Shown: piece by piece, positions 1 to 7,838 of the stretch
Layout of the letters: each line of letters begins with the position of its first letter
Numbering within the stretch: position 1 is the first letter of the stretch
DNA from: Meiothermus sp.
Lineage (GTDB): Bacteria > Deinococcota > Deinococci > Deinococcales > Thermaceae
DNA: 28,469 nt
Direction: 5' to 3'
NCBI GenBank assembly: GCA_033762915.1
Contig: JANRLD010000037.1
Location: forward strand, 1 to 28,469
The notes under the pieces: model-generated
What the model was told of the DNA's origin: nothing
Databases searched by the model: none
The model's input: the letters and a program-made list of their open reading frames with translations, nothing else
Position numbers and translations under genes: made by a program

Positions 1-2
1 GC

Positions 3-125
3 CTGCTCAATGTTCGAGCCCTTTGCCTCTCCGCCGTTCTCGCCTACGTCCTGCTGATGGCCCTCAACTTCCGTCAGGGGCGACCCCCTGCCCAGATCAA
101 AGACGTGCTCCTCGCTCTGCGCTGA
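3..125 (+). mobile_element. C-terminal end of an ORF entering from outside the window; probable DDE (IS982/IS4/IS5-like) transposase
   Basis: Frame from position 3 reads LLNVRALCLSAVLAYVLLMALNFRQGRPPAQIKDVLLALR* (TGA 123-125). This resembles the 'VLAY..L..N...GRP...IK' tails of DDE_Tnp_1-type transposases. Only 40 aa are visible. Confidence 0.4.
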
Positions 126-147
126 GATACGCGCACCCCTCGTGTAT

Positions 148-408
148 TTACAGCTTCCAGATCGCCACCACGCTGGGGTCTATGGGGGTGATTTTGTGCT
201 CGCCCTCGAGGTGCGCCGCCTCGCCTTTACGCAAGTGCAGATAGCTTTGGTCAGGCAGGTCTATAACTAGTTCGCCCTCCAAGAGCAGATACATCCGTGC
301 CTCGCTCACGTCCTCGGGATGGCTCATCAGTACCGAGCGGAAGCCTTCAATACCTGGGAAATAGGCTTCCCCTTGGCGTTTGGCGAGGCGGACGAGGTGG
401 AGTTTCAT
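148..408 (-). CDS. Small cupin-fold protein (86 aa)
   Basis: MKLHLVRLAK...MYLLLEGELVIDL...YLHLRKGEAAHL fits the cupin beta-barrel pattern. Start placed at ATG 408 because the upstream in-frame extension runs through repeat A1. Confidence 0.65.
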   Translation of the reverse strand: MKLHLVRLAKRQGEAYFPGIEGFRSVLMSHPEDVSEARMYLLLEGELVIDLPDQSYLHLRKGEAAHLEGEHKITPIDPSVVAIWKL

Positions 409-414
409 AGAGGT

Positions 415-529
415 TAAGTGTCTCCATAGTTGAAGCGCAGAATGCCGCCCCGAAACGTCCGCAGGGGATTGCGCAAGGTACGTGTTTACCGCATCCGCCG
501 ATTCCGCACTTCCACCCTGGCGCAACTTA
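415..529 (-). repeat. Structured dispersed element family A, copy 1 (115 nt)
   Basis: Minus strand reads TAAGTTGCGCCAGGGTGGAAGTGCGGAAT...GCGCAAT...ATTCTGCGCTTCAACTATGGAGACACTTA. First 53 nt match 9952-10004 at 45/53 positions. Confidence 0.85.
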
Positions 530-579
530 GTGGTCAGTGGCCGGAACAGGTTTTCACTGTTCACTGATGACCCCTGCCT

Positions 580-3500
580 TTACGCGCCTACCGTCTCCTT
601 TTTGGCCTTGCCGTACTCCATGCGCACCTTGAACATGGCCTGGCGGAACAGCTTCAGGGTGTCTTCCTCGGACTTGCCCAGCGCTCTGGCTACTTCGTTT
701 ACGGCCTTCTGTTGGCCCTGCGTGCGGCGGGCCACGTCGGCCTGCTCGGCGGTCAGGCCCGACTTGCCCACGAAGGGCTCGAGGTCGGCCCAGGTTGCCG
801 AAGGCTCGGCGGGTTCCTTCTTCTTGGGCGCTGAACGCTCCGCGCCTGCCGACTTACTCCGGCCGTACTCCATGCGCACCTTGAACATAGCCTGGCGGAA
901 CAGCTTCAGGGTGTCTTCCTCGGACTTGTCCAGCTCGTTGGCGACCCGCCCGACTTCCTTCTGCTGGCCCTGCGTGCGGCGTGCAATCTCGGCCTGCTCC
1001 TGCGAGATGCCCGCCCTGGAGACGAACGGCTCGAGATCAGCCCAGGTCGCCGAAGGCTCGGCGGATTTTTCTTTTTTAGGTTTTGCGCTGGGCGTTTTGC
1101 GTTCGGCGCTCGGCGACTTGCTCCGGCCGTACTCCATGCGAATCTTAAACATGGCCTGCCGGAAGGTCTTTAAGGTCGCCTCTTCGGGCTGGCCCAGCTC
1201 CTTCGCCAGGGCCGCCACGCCCGACTGCTGCCCCTGGGTGCGCTGCACAACATTCACCTGCTCGGGGGTCAGCTCGAGCCGGGCGATCATCGGCTCCAGA
1301 TCAGCCCAGGTGGCGGCGGGTTCGCCCTGAGTCTTCTCCTTCTTGCCCTTTGCGCCCTTCTTACCGCTCTTGGCCTTTTTGGCCTCGTAGCGCTCGTTCA
1401 CCGCGCTCATGTCGGGGCCGCCGTAGCGCTCGCAGGTGGCGTTGGAGCACTTGGTGGCGTCGCCGCGCTTCTGGATCTCGTTCCAGCCGCAGACTGGGCA
1501 CTTGCTCTGGAGCACCTTGTCGAACATCAGGTAGTCGCAACTGCGGTTGGAGCACTTGTAGTAGGGCTTGCCCCGCTGCGAGGTGCGCTGCAGTATTTCG
1601 CCCTCGTGGCACTTGGGGCACTCGATGCCCAGGCTGGGCGACTCGTCGCGGGTGTACTTGCAGTCGGGGTAGCGGTTGCAGCTTATGAAGCTGCCGTAGC
1701 GCCCGCTGCGGCGCACCAACTCGCCCTGGTTGCACTGCGGGCAGGTCTCGCCGATGGGCTCGGAGGCTGCCTTGGCCTCGAGGCGCTCGGTGTGTTTGCA
1801 GTCGGGGTAGCGGGTGCAGCCGAGGAACTGACCGAAGCGCGAAATCTTCAGCTCCATGGGGGCCCCGCAGACGCTGCACTGCTTCTGGGGCACCTTGGCG
1901 TACTCGTCGAGGAAGGGCTGGTAGAACTCGCGCACCACCGCCGGCCAGTTGGCCTGGCCTTCCTCGATGGCGTCGAGGCGTTCCTCCATCTTGGCGGTGA
2001 ACTCGTAGGCCACCACCCCAGGGAAGGCCTTGACCAGATAGCCGGTGACCTCGCGCCCGAGCTGGGTGGGGCGGAGCTGCTTGCCGTTGCGCTCGAGGTA
2101 GCTGCGGCGCTCTAGCGTGTCTATGGTGGGGGCGTAGGTGGAGGGCCGCCCGATCCCCATCTCCTCCATCACCTTGACCAGACTGGCGTCGGAGTAGCGG
2201 GGCGGGGGCTCGGTGAACTTCTGCTCCGGCTTCAGCTCGAGCAGCCTGGCGGCGGCCTTCTCGCTCAGGTTAGGCAGGAGGTTCTCGGCATCGTCGCCCT
2301 CCTCGCGTCCGTAGACTCTCAGGAAGCCGTCGAATTTGAGGACCGAGCCCACTGCGCGGAAGACCAGATCGGCCCCCTCGACGTTGACGATGGTCTGATC
2401 AAAAACTGCGGGGGTCATCTGCGAGGCCACGAAGCGCTGCCAGACCAGGTTGTAGAGCTTGTACTCGTCGTCCTCGAGCTTGGCCCGGATGCTGTCGGGG
2501 GTGCGCTCCACGGCAGTGGGGCGGATGGCCTCGTGGGCGTCCTGGGCGTTGGCGGCCTTCTTGGTGCTGTAGGCGTTGGGGCTGCCCGGCAGGTAGCGGT
2601 CGCCGAACTGCTTGGGGATGAAGTCGCGCACCTCGGCCAGGGCTTCGTTGGAGACACGCACCGAGTCGGTACGCATGTAGGTGATCAGGCCCACCGTGCC
2701 CTCGGCCAGGTCCACACCCTCGTAGAGCTTCTGGGCCACCCGCATGGTGCGGCTGGCCGTCCAGCCCAGGCGGCTGGAGGCGGCCTGCTGGAGGGTGGAG
2801 GTGGTGAAGGGGGCGCTCGCGTTGCGGCGGCGCTCGCGGCGCTCGATGGAGCCGATCTTGTAAGCGGCGGCCCTGGCCTTGGCCACTACCTCGTCGGCCT
2901 TGCCCTTGTTGGTGATCAGGAAGCCCTCGGAGGTCTGGACGCGCTCCTTGCCCACGCTGTAGAGCATGGCCTTGAAGCGCGCGCCCTCGCTCTCGAACTG
3001 GCCCTCGAGGGTCCAGTACTCCTGGGGCACAAACGCCTCGATCTCGTCCTCGCGCTCGACCAGCAGACGCAGCGCTACGCTCTGCACCCGGCCTGCCGAG
3101 AGCGCCCGGCGGCGGAACTCCATCGCCAACACCGGGGAGAGCTGATAGCCCACCAGGCGGTCGAGCACGCGCCGGGCCTGCTGGGCGTCCACCAGGCTCT
3201 GGTCGATGGGGCGGGGGTGGCGCACGGCGTCCCGCACCACCTTCGGGGTGATCTCGTGGAACTCGACCCGCATGGCCTTGTCCAGGTCGAGGTCCAGGAG
3301 CCTCGCCACGTGCCAGCCGATGGCCTCGCCCTCGCGGTCGGGGTCGGTTGCGATCAGGACGCGCTTGCCCCTGGCGGCGCGTTTCAGCTCGTCGACCACG
3401 GGCTTCTTGTCTTTCTTGACCTCGTAGGCGGGGTTGAAGTCGTTTTGAATGTCCACCCCAATGTCGCGTTCGGGCAAATCGGCCACGTGGCCCCGGCTGG

Positions 3501-3588
3501 CACGTACTTCATAGCCCGCGCCGAGCATCTTCTGGATGCTCTTGGCCTTGGCGGGGGACTCCACAACGACGAGGGTCGAATCCGGCAT
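580..3588 (-). CDS. topA: DNA topoisomerase I (type IA) with four C4 zinc-ribbon motifs and three extra C-terminal repeats (1002 aa)
   Basis: VVESPAKAK Toprim start, ATDPDREGEAI, SAGRVQS, catalytic GLITYMRTDS, AQDAHEAIRPT, GIGRPSTYA and CxxC...CxxYPDC motifs. ATG 3588 is preceded by GAGGGT and by a TATACT box 7 nt upstream. Confidence 0.97.
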   Translation of the reverse strand: MPDSTLVVVESPAKAKSIQKMLGAGYEVRASRGHVADLPERDIGVDIQNDFNPAYEVKKDKKPVVDELKRAARGKRVLIATDPDREGEAIGWHVARLLDLDLDKAMRVEFHEITPKVVRDAVRHPRPIDQSLVDAQQARRVLDRLVGYQLSPVLAMEFRRRALSAGRVQSVALRLLVEREDEIEAFVPQEYWTLEGQFESEGARFKAMLYSVGKERVQTSEGFLITNKGKADEVVAKARAAAYKIGSIERRERRRNASAPFTTSTLQQAASSRLGWTASRTMRVAQKLYEGVDLAEGTVGLITYMRTDSVRVSNEALAEVRDFIPKQFGDRYLPGSPNAYSTKKAANAQDAHEAIRPTAVERTPDSIRAKLEDDEYKLYNLVWQRFVASQMTPAVFDQTIVNVEGADLVFRAVGSVLKFDGFLRVYGREEGDDAENLLPNLSEKAAARLLELKPEQKFTEPPPRYSDASLVKVMEEMGIGRPSTYAPTIDTLERRSYLERNGKQLRPTQLGREVTGYLVKAFPGVVAYEFTAKMEERLDAIEEGQANWPAVVREFYQPFLDEYAKVPQKQCSVCGAPMELKISRFGQFLGCTRYPDCKHTERLEAKAASEPIGETCPQCNQGELVRRSGRYGSFISCNRYPDCKYTRDESPSLGIECPKCHEGEILQRTSQRGKPYYKCSNRSCDYLMFDKVLQSKCPVCGWNEIQKRGDATKCSNATCERYGGPDMSAVNERYEAKKAKSGKKGAKGKKEKTQGEPAATWADLEPMIARLELTPEQVNVVQRTQGQQSGVAALAKELGQPEEATLKTFRQAMFKIRMEYGRSKSPSAERKTPSAKPKKEKSAEPSATWADLEPFVSRAGISQEQAEIARRTQGQQKEVGRVANELDKSEEDTLKLFRQAMFKVRMEYGRSKSAGAERSAPKKKEPAEPSATWADLEPFVGKSGLTAEQADVARRTQGQQKAVNEVARALGKSEEDTLKLFRQAMFKVRMEYGKAKKETVGA
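610..1326 (-). repeat. Three intragenic 201-nt repeats in the topA 3' end (1126-1326, 862-1062, 610-810)
   Basis: Each encodes EPxATWADLEP...EQ...RTQGQQ..V..xA..L...EE.TLKxFRQAMFKxRMEYG. They are separated by Lys/Ser/Pro-rich linkers, with periods of 264 and 252 nt. Confidence 0.95.
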
Positions 3589-3595
3589 ACCCTCA

Positions 3596-3627
3596 AGTAT
3601 ATGGACGAGGGAGGCCGGTTTTGTCAA
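3596..3627 (-). promoter_or_regulatory. Candidate leaderless topA promoter
   Basis: TATACT (3601-3596) lies 7 nt before the ATG. TTGACA at 3627-3622 gives an atypically long 20-nt spacer. Confidence 0.55.
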
Positions 3628-3841
3628 GGGCAAGCGTCACCAGGTGAGGCTTATATATATGGTTAAGAGCGCACCCAGTCTCAGCGGGAGGGGTCTGGCC
3701 GACGGCCGAGAGCCACCTTCGCTCACCGCTGGTTCGGCGGCGGAGCGTTTGGCCCGTCCGAGGTTTCCCAGACCTCCGGGAGGCCGCAGTTGCCCGCCCG
3801 GGCCGGCCCCAAAACCTTCGCAGACTCAGTTTAGAGCGCAC

Positions 3842-3870
3842 TAGACAGCTGGCCCCTTTTTACCTATAAT
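3842..3870 (+). promoter_or_regulatory. Sigma-70-type promoter for tRNA-Lys
   Basis: TAGACA-17 nt-TATAAT, ending 34 nt upstream of the tRNA. Confidence 0.85.
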
Positions 3871-3904
3871 CGCGTTTGCTGTCTGCGTTTGCCGCCGGGC
3901 AAAT

Positions 3905-3980
3905 GGGCCGTTAGCTCAGTTGGTAGAGCATTCGACTTTTAATCGACTGGTCGTAGGTTCGAGTCCTACACGGCCTACCA
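3905..3980 (+). tRNA. tRNA-Lys (anticodon UUU)
   Basis: 76-nt cloverleaf: acceptor GGGCCGT/ACGGCCT, D arm GCTC/GAGC, anticodon loop CTTTTAA, T arm GTAGG-TTCGAGT-CCTAC, encoded CCA. Confidence 0.97.
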
Positions 3981-4004
3981 AAAGAAGCACGATAAGGACG
4001 CCGA

Positions 4005-4042
4005 GAACCCCCGCCCACCTTAGGCGGGGGTTCGGCCGTTTT
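4005..4042 (+). terminator. Hairpin after tRNA, probable intrinsic terminator
   Basis: 11-bp stem GAACCCCCGCC/GGCGGGGGTTC, with a short T run at 4039-4042. Confidence 0.6.
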
Positions 4043-4331
4043 GGCCGAGATGTAGCCGTGTGGCAACCCGGAAAAGGGGACGGTGCGGCGGGCCTCGGCC
4101 CTAGGATTTCTGGCTCGAGATTGCCTTTGTGAAACCCAGGGCCGCATGCCTTCACCCTCCGGTTCATGTCGGAGAATAGAGGGGTGCGGTCGGCGTACTC
4201 GAGTCACCCTGTTGTTGGGGTGGCTAAACCGGCGTTTGGCGGGTAAGAATAACCTCGGCCTACTTGCCTTCTACATCAACGCTTCACAGTCGGAACCCGT
4301 TTTATTCATCGTGGAGGCTGAGTCTGAGCGT

Positions 4332-5036
4332 ATGACTAAAGACCCCAGAGACCGCAGCGCCCCCGCCGTGCTGGTGGTGGAGGACGAGCCCAGCTTGGCC
4401 GACACCTTGGAGCTTTACCTGCGCCACGACGGCTACCGCACCGAGCGGGCCAAGGACGGCAGACGCGCCCTCGAGCTGTTCCGCGCCCTCAAGCCCGACC
4501 TGGTGCTCCTGGACATCATGCTGCCAGAGGTGGACGGCCTCGAGATCCTCAGGCGCATCCGCGCCGAGGGCAATACGCCCGTGATCCTGGTGACGGCCCG
4601 CGCCGAAGACCTCGACAAGCTGTTGGGCCTGGAGCTGGGCGCGGACGACTACGTGACCAAACCCTTCAGCCCCCGCGAGGTGGTGGCGCGGGTCAAGGCG
4701 GTGTTGCGGCGTACCAGCCAGGCCGACGCGCCGCCCGCCGTGCTGCGGGTGGGTCCGCTGGAGGTGGACACCGAGGAGGTGGTAGCGCGGGTGGGCCGTG
4801 ACCGGCTCGATCTGACCCTGGCCGAGTTCAAGATTATCGAGGCCCTGGCCCGTGCGCCCCGCCGGGCCTTCAGCCGCGACGAGCTGCTGGCCGCAGCCTT
4901 GCCCGACTCCGAGGCGCTGGAGCGGGTGGTGGACGTGCACATGAAGAACCTGCGGAAGAAGTTGGACGCGGCGGGCGCGGGCGAGCTGCTCGAGACGGTG
5001 CGCGGGGTGGGATACCGGCTATGGGTCGAGCCCTGA
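4332..5036 (+). CDS. OmpR/PhoB-family response regulator (BaeR-like)
   Basis: VLVVEDE, LVLLDIMLP, GADDYVTKPFSPRE receiver domain; winged helix ending ETVRGVGYRL. ATG 4332 chosen over the long upstream extension. Confidence 0.93.
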   Translation: MTKDPRDRSAPAVLVVEDEPSLADTLELYLRHDGYRTERAKDGRRALELFRALKPDLVLLDIMLPEVDGLEILRRIRAEGNTPVILVTARAEDLDKLLGLELGADDYVTKPFSPREVVARVKAVLRRTSQADAPPAVLRVGPLEVDTEEVVARVGRDRLDLTLAEFKIIEALARAPRRAFSRDELLAAALPDSEALERVVDVHMKNLRKKLDAAGAGELLETVRGVGYRLWVEP

Positions 5037-6346
5037 GCCTGCTGCGGGACTGGTCGGGGCAGCTGGGGGTGCAACTGGCCCTTTTGATCCTGCTGGCGGT
5101 GGGGCTGACCAGCTTGCTGACCTTCGCGCTCAGCGCCTACGGACAGCAGCGGGCCGTGCGCGACCTGCCCGAGGACCTACGGACCCTGCTGGAAAACCAG
5201 GGCGTGGACCCGCTGCCGCTCTCGCTCTCGAAGCTGCTTAACCGAGAGGTGCTGGCGACGGGCCAGGCACTGGTGGTGCTGGACGGCACCACGGCGGGCG
5301 GCCAGAAGGTCTACCGGGCGCAGCCCGCCCCGCAAAGCTCCGGCTCGGTTGCCGGGGCCTCGAGCCTGCCGCCCGAGGGGGTGACGGTTGAGGAGGAGGC
5401 CGAGCCCGATCCTCGGCGCGGCCCCAGCTTCACCGACAGGCTGCTAATCACCCAGGGGGTGGCCGCTGGGGTCTCGCTGCTCCTGGGGCTTGGTTTGGCA
5501 ATCTCCTTTGCCCGTCGCCTGGCCCGGCCTATCCGCGAGGTTTCCGAGGCCAGCGACGCGCTGGCGGGCGGCAGGCGGGGGGTGCGGCTCGTGGTCAACA
5601 GCCCCAACCGCGAGACCGACCACCTGGCCCACAACTTCAACCGCATGGCCGAGTCGCTGGAGCGGCTCGAGGGCGAGCGCAAGGCCATGATCGCCGATAT
5701 TGCCCACGAGCTGCGCACCCCCATCGCGGTCATCCAGGGCCGCCTCGAGGCCATCCAGGACGGCCTGGTGGAGCCCAACGCCGAGGAGGTCAACGGCCTC
5801 CACTCCACCACCCAGCTCATGGCCCGGCTGGTGGACGACCTCCGCACCCTATCGCTCTCTGACGCGGGCCGCCTGACCGTGCGCCTCGAGCCCTTGGAAT
5901 TGAGGCAGGCCGTGGGGCGCATCGGCCGGGCCTTCCGGGTGCAGGCCGAGGAGCGCGGGGTGCGCCTCGAGCTAGACCTCCCCGAGGGGCCGGTGGAACT
6001 CGAGGCTGACTGGGACAGGCTGCGGCAGGTGCTGGGCAATCTGCTGTCCAATGCCCTGGCCCATACCCCGGCGGGCGGTGAGGTACGCCTGACCCTGGGC
6101 CGCGAGGGCAGCCGGGCGGTGATGCGGGTGCAGGACACCGGCCCCGGTATCCCCGAGGCGGCGCTGACGAAGGTCTTCGACCGCTTCTACCGGGTCGAGG
6201 CGTCGCGCTCGAGGGCCACCGGGGGGAGCGGGCTGGGCCTCGCCATCGTCAAGTCCATCGTGGAGTTGCACGGCGGGCAGGTGAGCGTGAGCAACCGGCC
6301 CCAAGGCGGGGCCGAGTTCCGCGTCGAGCTGCCCATACCAGGATAA
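5021..6346 (+). CDS. Membrane sensor histidine kinase (HAMP-HisKA-HATPase, BaeS-like)
   Basis: Two TM segments, HAMP (LAHNFNRMAESL), H box DIAHELRTP, N box NLLSNAL, DTGPGI, GGSGLGLAI. Overlaps the regulator gene. Confidence 0.93.
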   Translation: MGRALSLLRDWSGQLGVQLALLILLAVGLTSLLTFALSAYGQQRAVRDLPEDLRTLLENQGVDPLPLSLSKLLNREVLATGQALVVLDGTTAGGQKVYRAQPAPQSSGSVAGASSLPPEGVTVEEEAEPDPRRGPSFTDRLLITQGVAAGVSLLLGLGLAISFARRLARPIREVSEASDALAGGRRGVRLVVNSPNRETDHLAHNFNRMAESLERLEGERKAMIADIAHELRTPIAVIQGRLEAIQDGLVEPNAEEVNGLHSTTQLMARLVDDLRTLSLSDAGRLTVRLEPLELRQAVGRIGRAFRVQAEERGVRLELDLPEGPVELEADWDRLRQVLGNLLSNALAHTPAGGEVRLTLGREGSRAVMRVQDTGPGIPEAALTKVFDRFYRVEASRSRATGGSGLGLAIVKSIVELHGGQVSVSNRPQGGAEFRVELPIPG

Positions 6347-6364
6347 TCCCGGCTGGTGCAGGTC

Positions 6365-6400
6365 AAAGGGGTGAGCATGGGGCTGTAGGCTCACCCCTTT
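6365..6400. terminator. Terminator-like inverted repeat after the kinase
   Basis: Perfect 12-bp inverted repeat AAAGGGGTGAGC...GCTCACCCCTTT. Confidence 0.65.
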
Positions 6401-6450
6401 ACGGTCGTGAAACCAACACAGAACCAAGAGCTCACAGCCCCAACCCCCTT

Positions 6451-6617
6451 ATCGCGGTTCCCACCATTACCTCCCTCGCAGCGGCAGGTAATGTACTCCA
6501 TATCGCGTTTCCCACCCATACTCCGCCCATGGTGCTGCGCTAAAACGTGCGCTAAAGCGGAGTAGTGCACTCGGTACGGCAACAACCGCCGTACCGAGTG
6601 TTCGTGGGAACCGCTCT
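6451..6617 (+). repeat. MITE-like modular repeat family B, copy 1
   Basis: Near-identical to 16114-16293 and to the reverse complement of 10161-10256. Ends ATCGCGTTTCCCAC...GTGGGAACCGCTCT; internal hairpins TACTCCGC/GCGGAGTA and CACTCGGTACGGC/GCCGTACCGAGTG. Confidence 0.9.
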
Positions 6618-6673
6618 CAGACCGCTCGTGCTCGAGCCAGCATCATGCCCATTCGCCAACCATTCCCGCCAAC

Positions 6674-6705
6674 TTTATATGCGCTTCACATTTCGTTCCT
6701 AACCT
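6674..6705 (+). promoter_or_regulatory. Candidate OmpR-type direct-repeat operator and -10 box for the DUF3500 operon
   Basis: TTTATA-N5-TTCACA (11-bp period), followed by TAACCT at 6700-6705. Confidence 0.35.
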
Positions 6706-6767
6706 CTAGCCCGACCCCAGCCGAATCCGGCCAGGGGCCAGCGCTTCACAGTGATGGAGGTTCACCT

Positions 6768-7838
6768 ATGAAACGATTAGCGATTCTCTTCGGCGTAGTT
6801 CTGGCCACCCTCGGCGGGTACACGGTTTATGGCTTGTCCCAACAAGCGACCGCGCCCACGACCATCCAGGCGGCGGCCCAGACCGCCGCCGACGCCCAGA
6901 CCCAGAAGGTGGTGCAGGCCGCCAACGCCTTCCTGGCCACCCTGAGCGCGGCCCAGCGCACGGCGGTCGGCTTCGCCTGGACGGACGCTGCCCAGCGGGT
7001 CCGGTGGTCGAACCTCCCCACCGGCCTCTTCCAGCGGGCCGGACTCAAGTGGGGCGACCTGACCGCCGCCCAGCGCACCGCCCTCACCGCCTTGCTGGGC
7101 GCGGTGCTGAGCCCCGACGGCCTCAAGATGGTGCAGCAGCAGATGGCCTCCGACGACGTGCTCAAGGCCACCGATGGCGGCGGGCGGCTGGTCTTCGGCA
7201 GCGACGAGTACTTCGTCGCCTTCGTGGGCGTTCCCTCAGCCACCGCCCCCTGGACGCTCCAGTTCGGCGGTCACCACCTCGCCATCAACGCCACTGTGGC
7301 GGGGTCGAACATCACCCTGGCTCCCAGCCTGACCGGCGGCCAGCCGATCCGCACCACCCAGAACGGCCAGACCGTGACTGTGGTGGAAAAGGTGCCGCAG
7401 GAGGTCTCCGACGCGCTGGCCCTGCTGAACAGCTTGGACGCCGCCCAGAAGGCCAAGGTGGTGCTCGGCTCCCGCAACATTGACCTGGTGCTGGGGCCGG
7501 GCCAGGACGGCAAGAAGCTGCAGGCCGAGGGGCTGCCCGGCAGCGCTATGACCGCCGCGCAGAAAACCCGGCTGCTCGAGCTGATCAAGGCCCGCCTGGG
7601 CATCCTCAACGCTGACGATCTGGCCGCCAAGATGACCGACATCGAGAAGAACCTCGACCAGACCTATTTCGCCTGGTACGGCCCCACCACATCGGGCAGC
7701 GCCTTCTACTACCGCGTCACCGGCCCCACGGTGGTGATTGAGTTCTCGCCGCAGAGCATGGGCGGCGATGCCACCAACCACCTGCACAACATGTACCGCG
7801 ACCCCACCAACGACTACGGTGCGGCCTGGGCGAAGTGA
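6768..7838 (+). CDS. Exported DUF3500-family protein
   Basis: GGAGG RBS then MKRLAILFGVVLA signal sequence. Family-typical WSNLP, WTLQFGGHHLAIN, YFAWYG and NHLHNMYRDPTNDYG motifs. Confidence 0.88.
   Translation: MKRLAILFGVVLATLGGYTVYGLSQQATAPTTIQAAAQTAADAQTQKVVQAANAFLATLSAAQRTAVGFAWTDAAQRVRWSNLPTGLFQRAGLKWGDLTAAQRTALTALLGAVLSPDGLKMVQQQMASDDVLKATDGGGRLVFGSDEYFVAFVGVPSATAPWTLQFGGHHLAINATVAGSNITLAPSLTGGQPIRTTQNGQTVTVVEKVPQEVSDALALLNSLDAAQKAKVVLGSRNIDLVLGPGQDGKKLQAEGLPGSAMTAAQKTRLLELIKARLGILNADDLAAKMTDIEKNLDQTYFAWYGPTTSGSAFYYRVTGPTVVIEFSPQSMGGDATNHLHNMYRDPTNDYGAAWAK

Noticed and set aside
409..564. N-terminal extension of the cupin ORF, similar to part of ORF 9725-10141 (KLRQG..AESA)
   Set aside because: The similarity comes from DNA repeat family A; the frames diverge between copies, so it is not protein-level conservation.
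482..1330. 282-aa plus-strand ORF with internal repeats
   Set aside because: Antisense shadow of the topA C-terminal repeats; no independent protein features.
6379..6441. Alternative pairing GGGGCTGTAGGCTC with GAGCTCACAGCCCC competing with the terminator
   Set aside because: The competing strand lies downstream of the terminator, so it cannot antiterminate on the plus strand; no other support.
6391..6585. Similar short ORFs at 6391-6585, 10196-10486 and 16036-16290 (PYRVHYSALA)
   Set aside because: Translations of repeat family B; no consistent start, stop or RBS.
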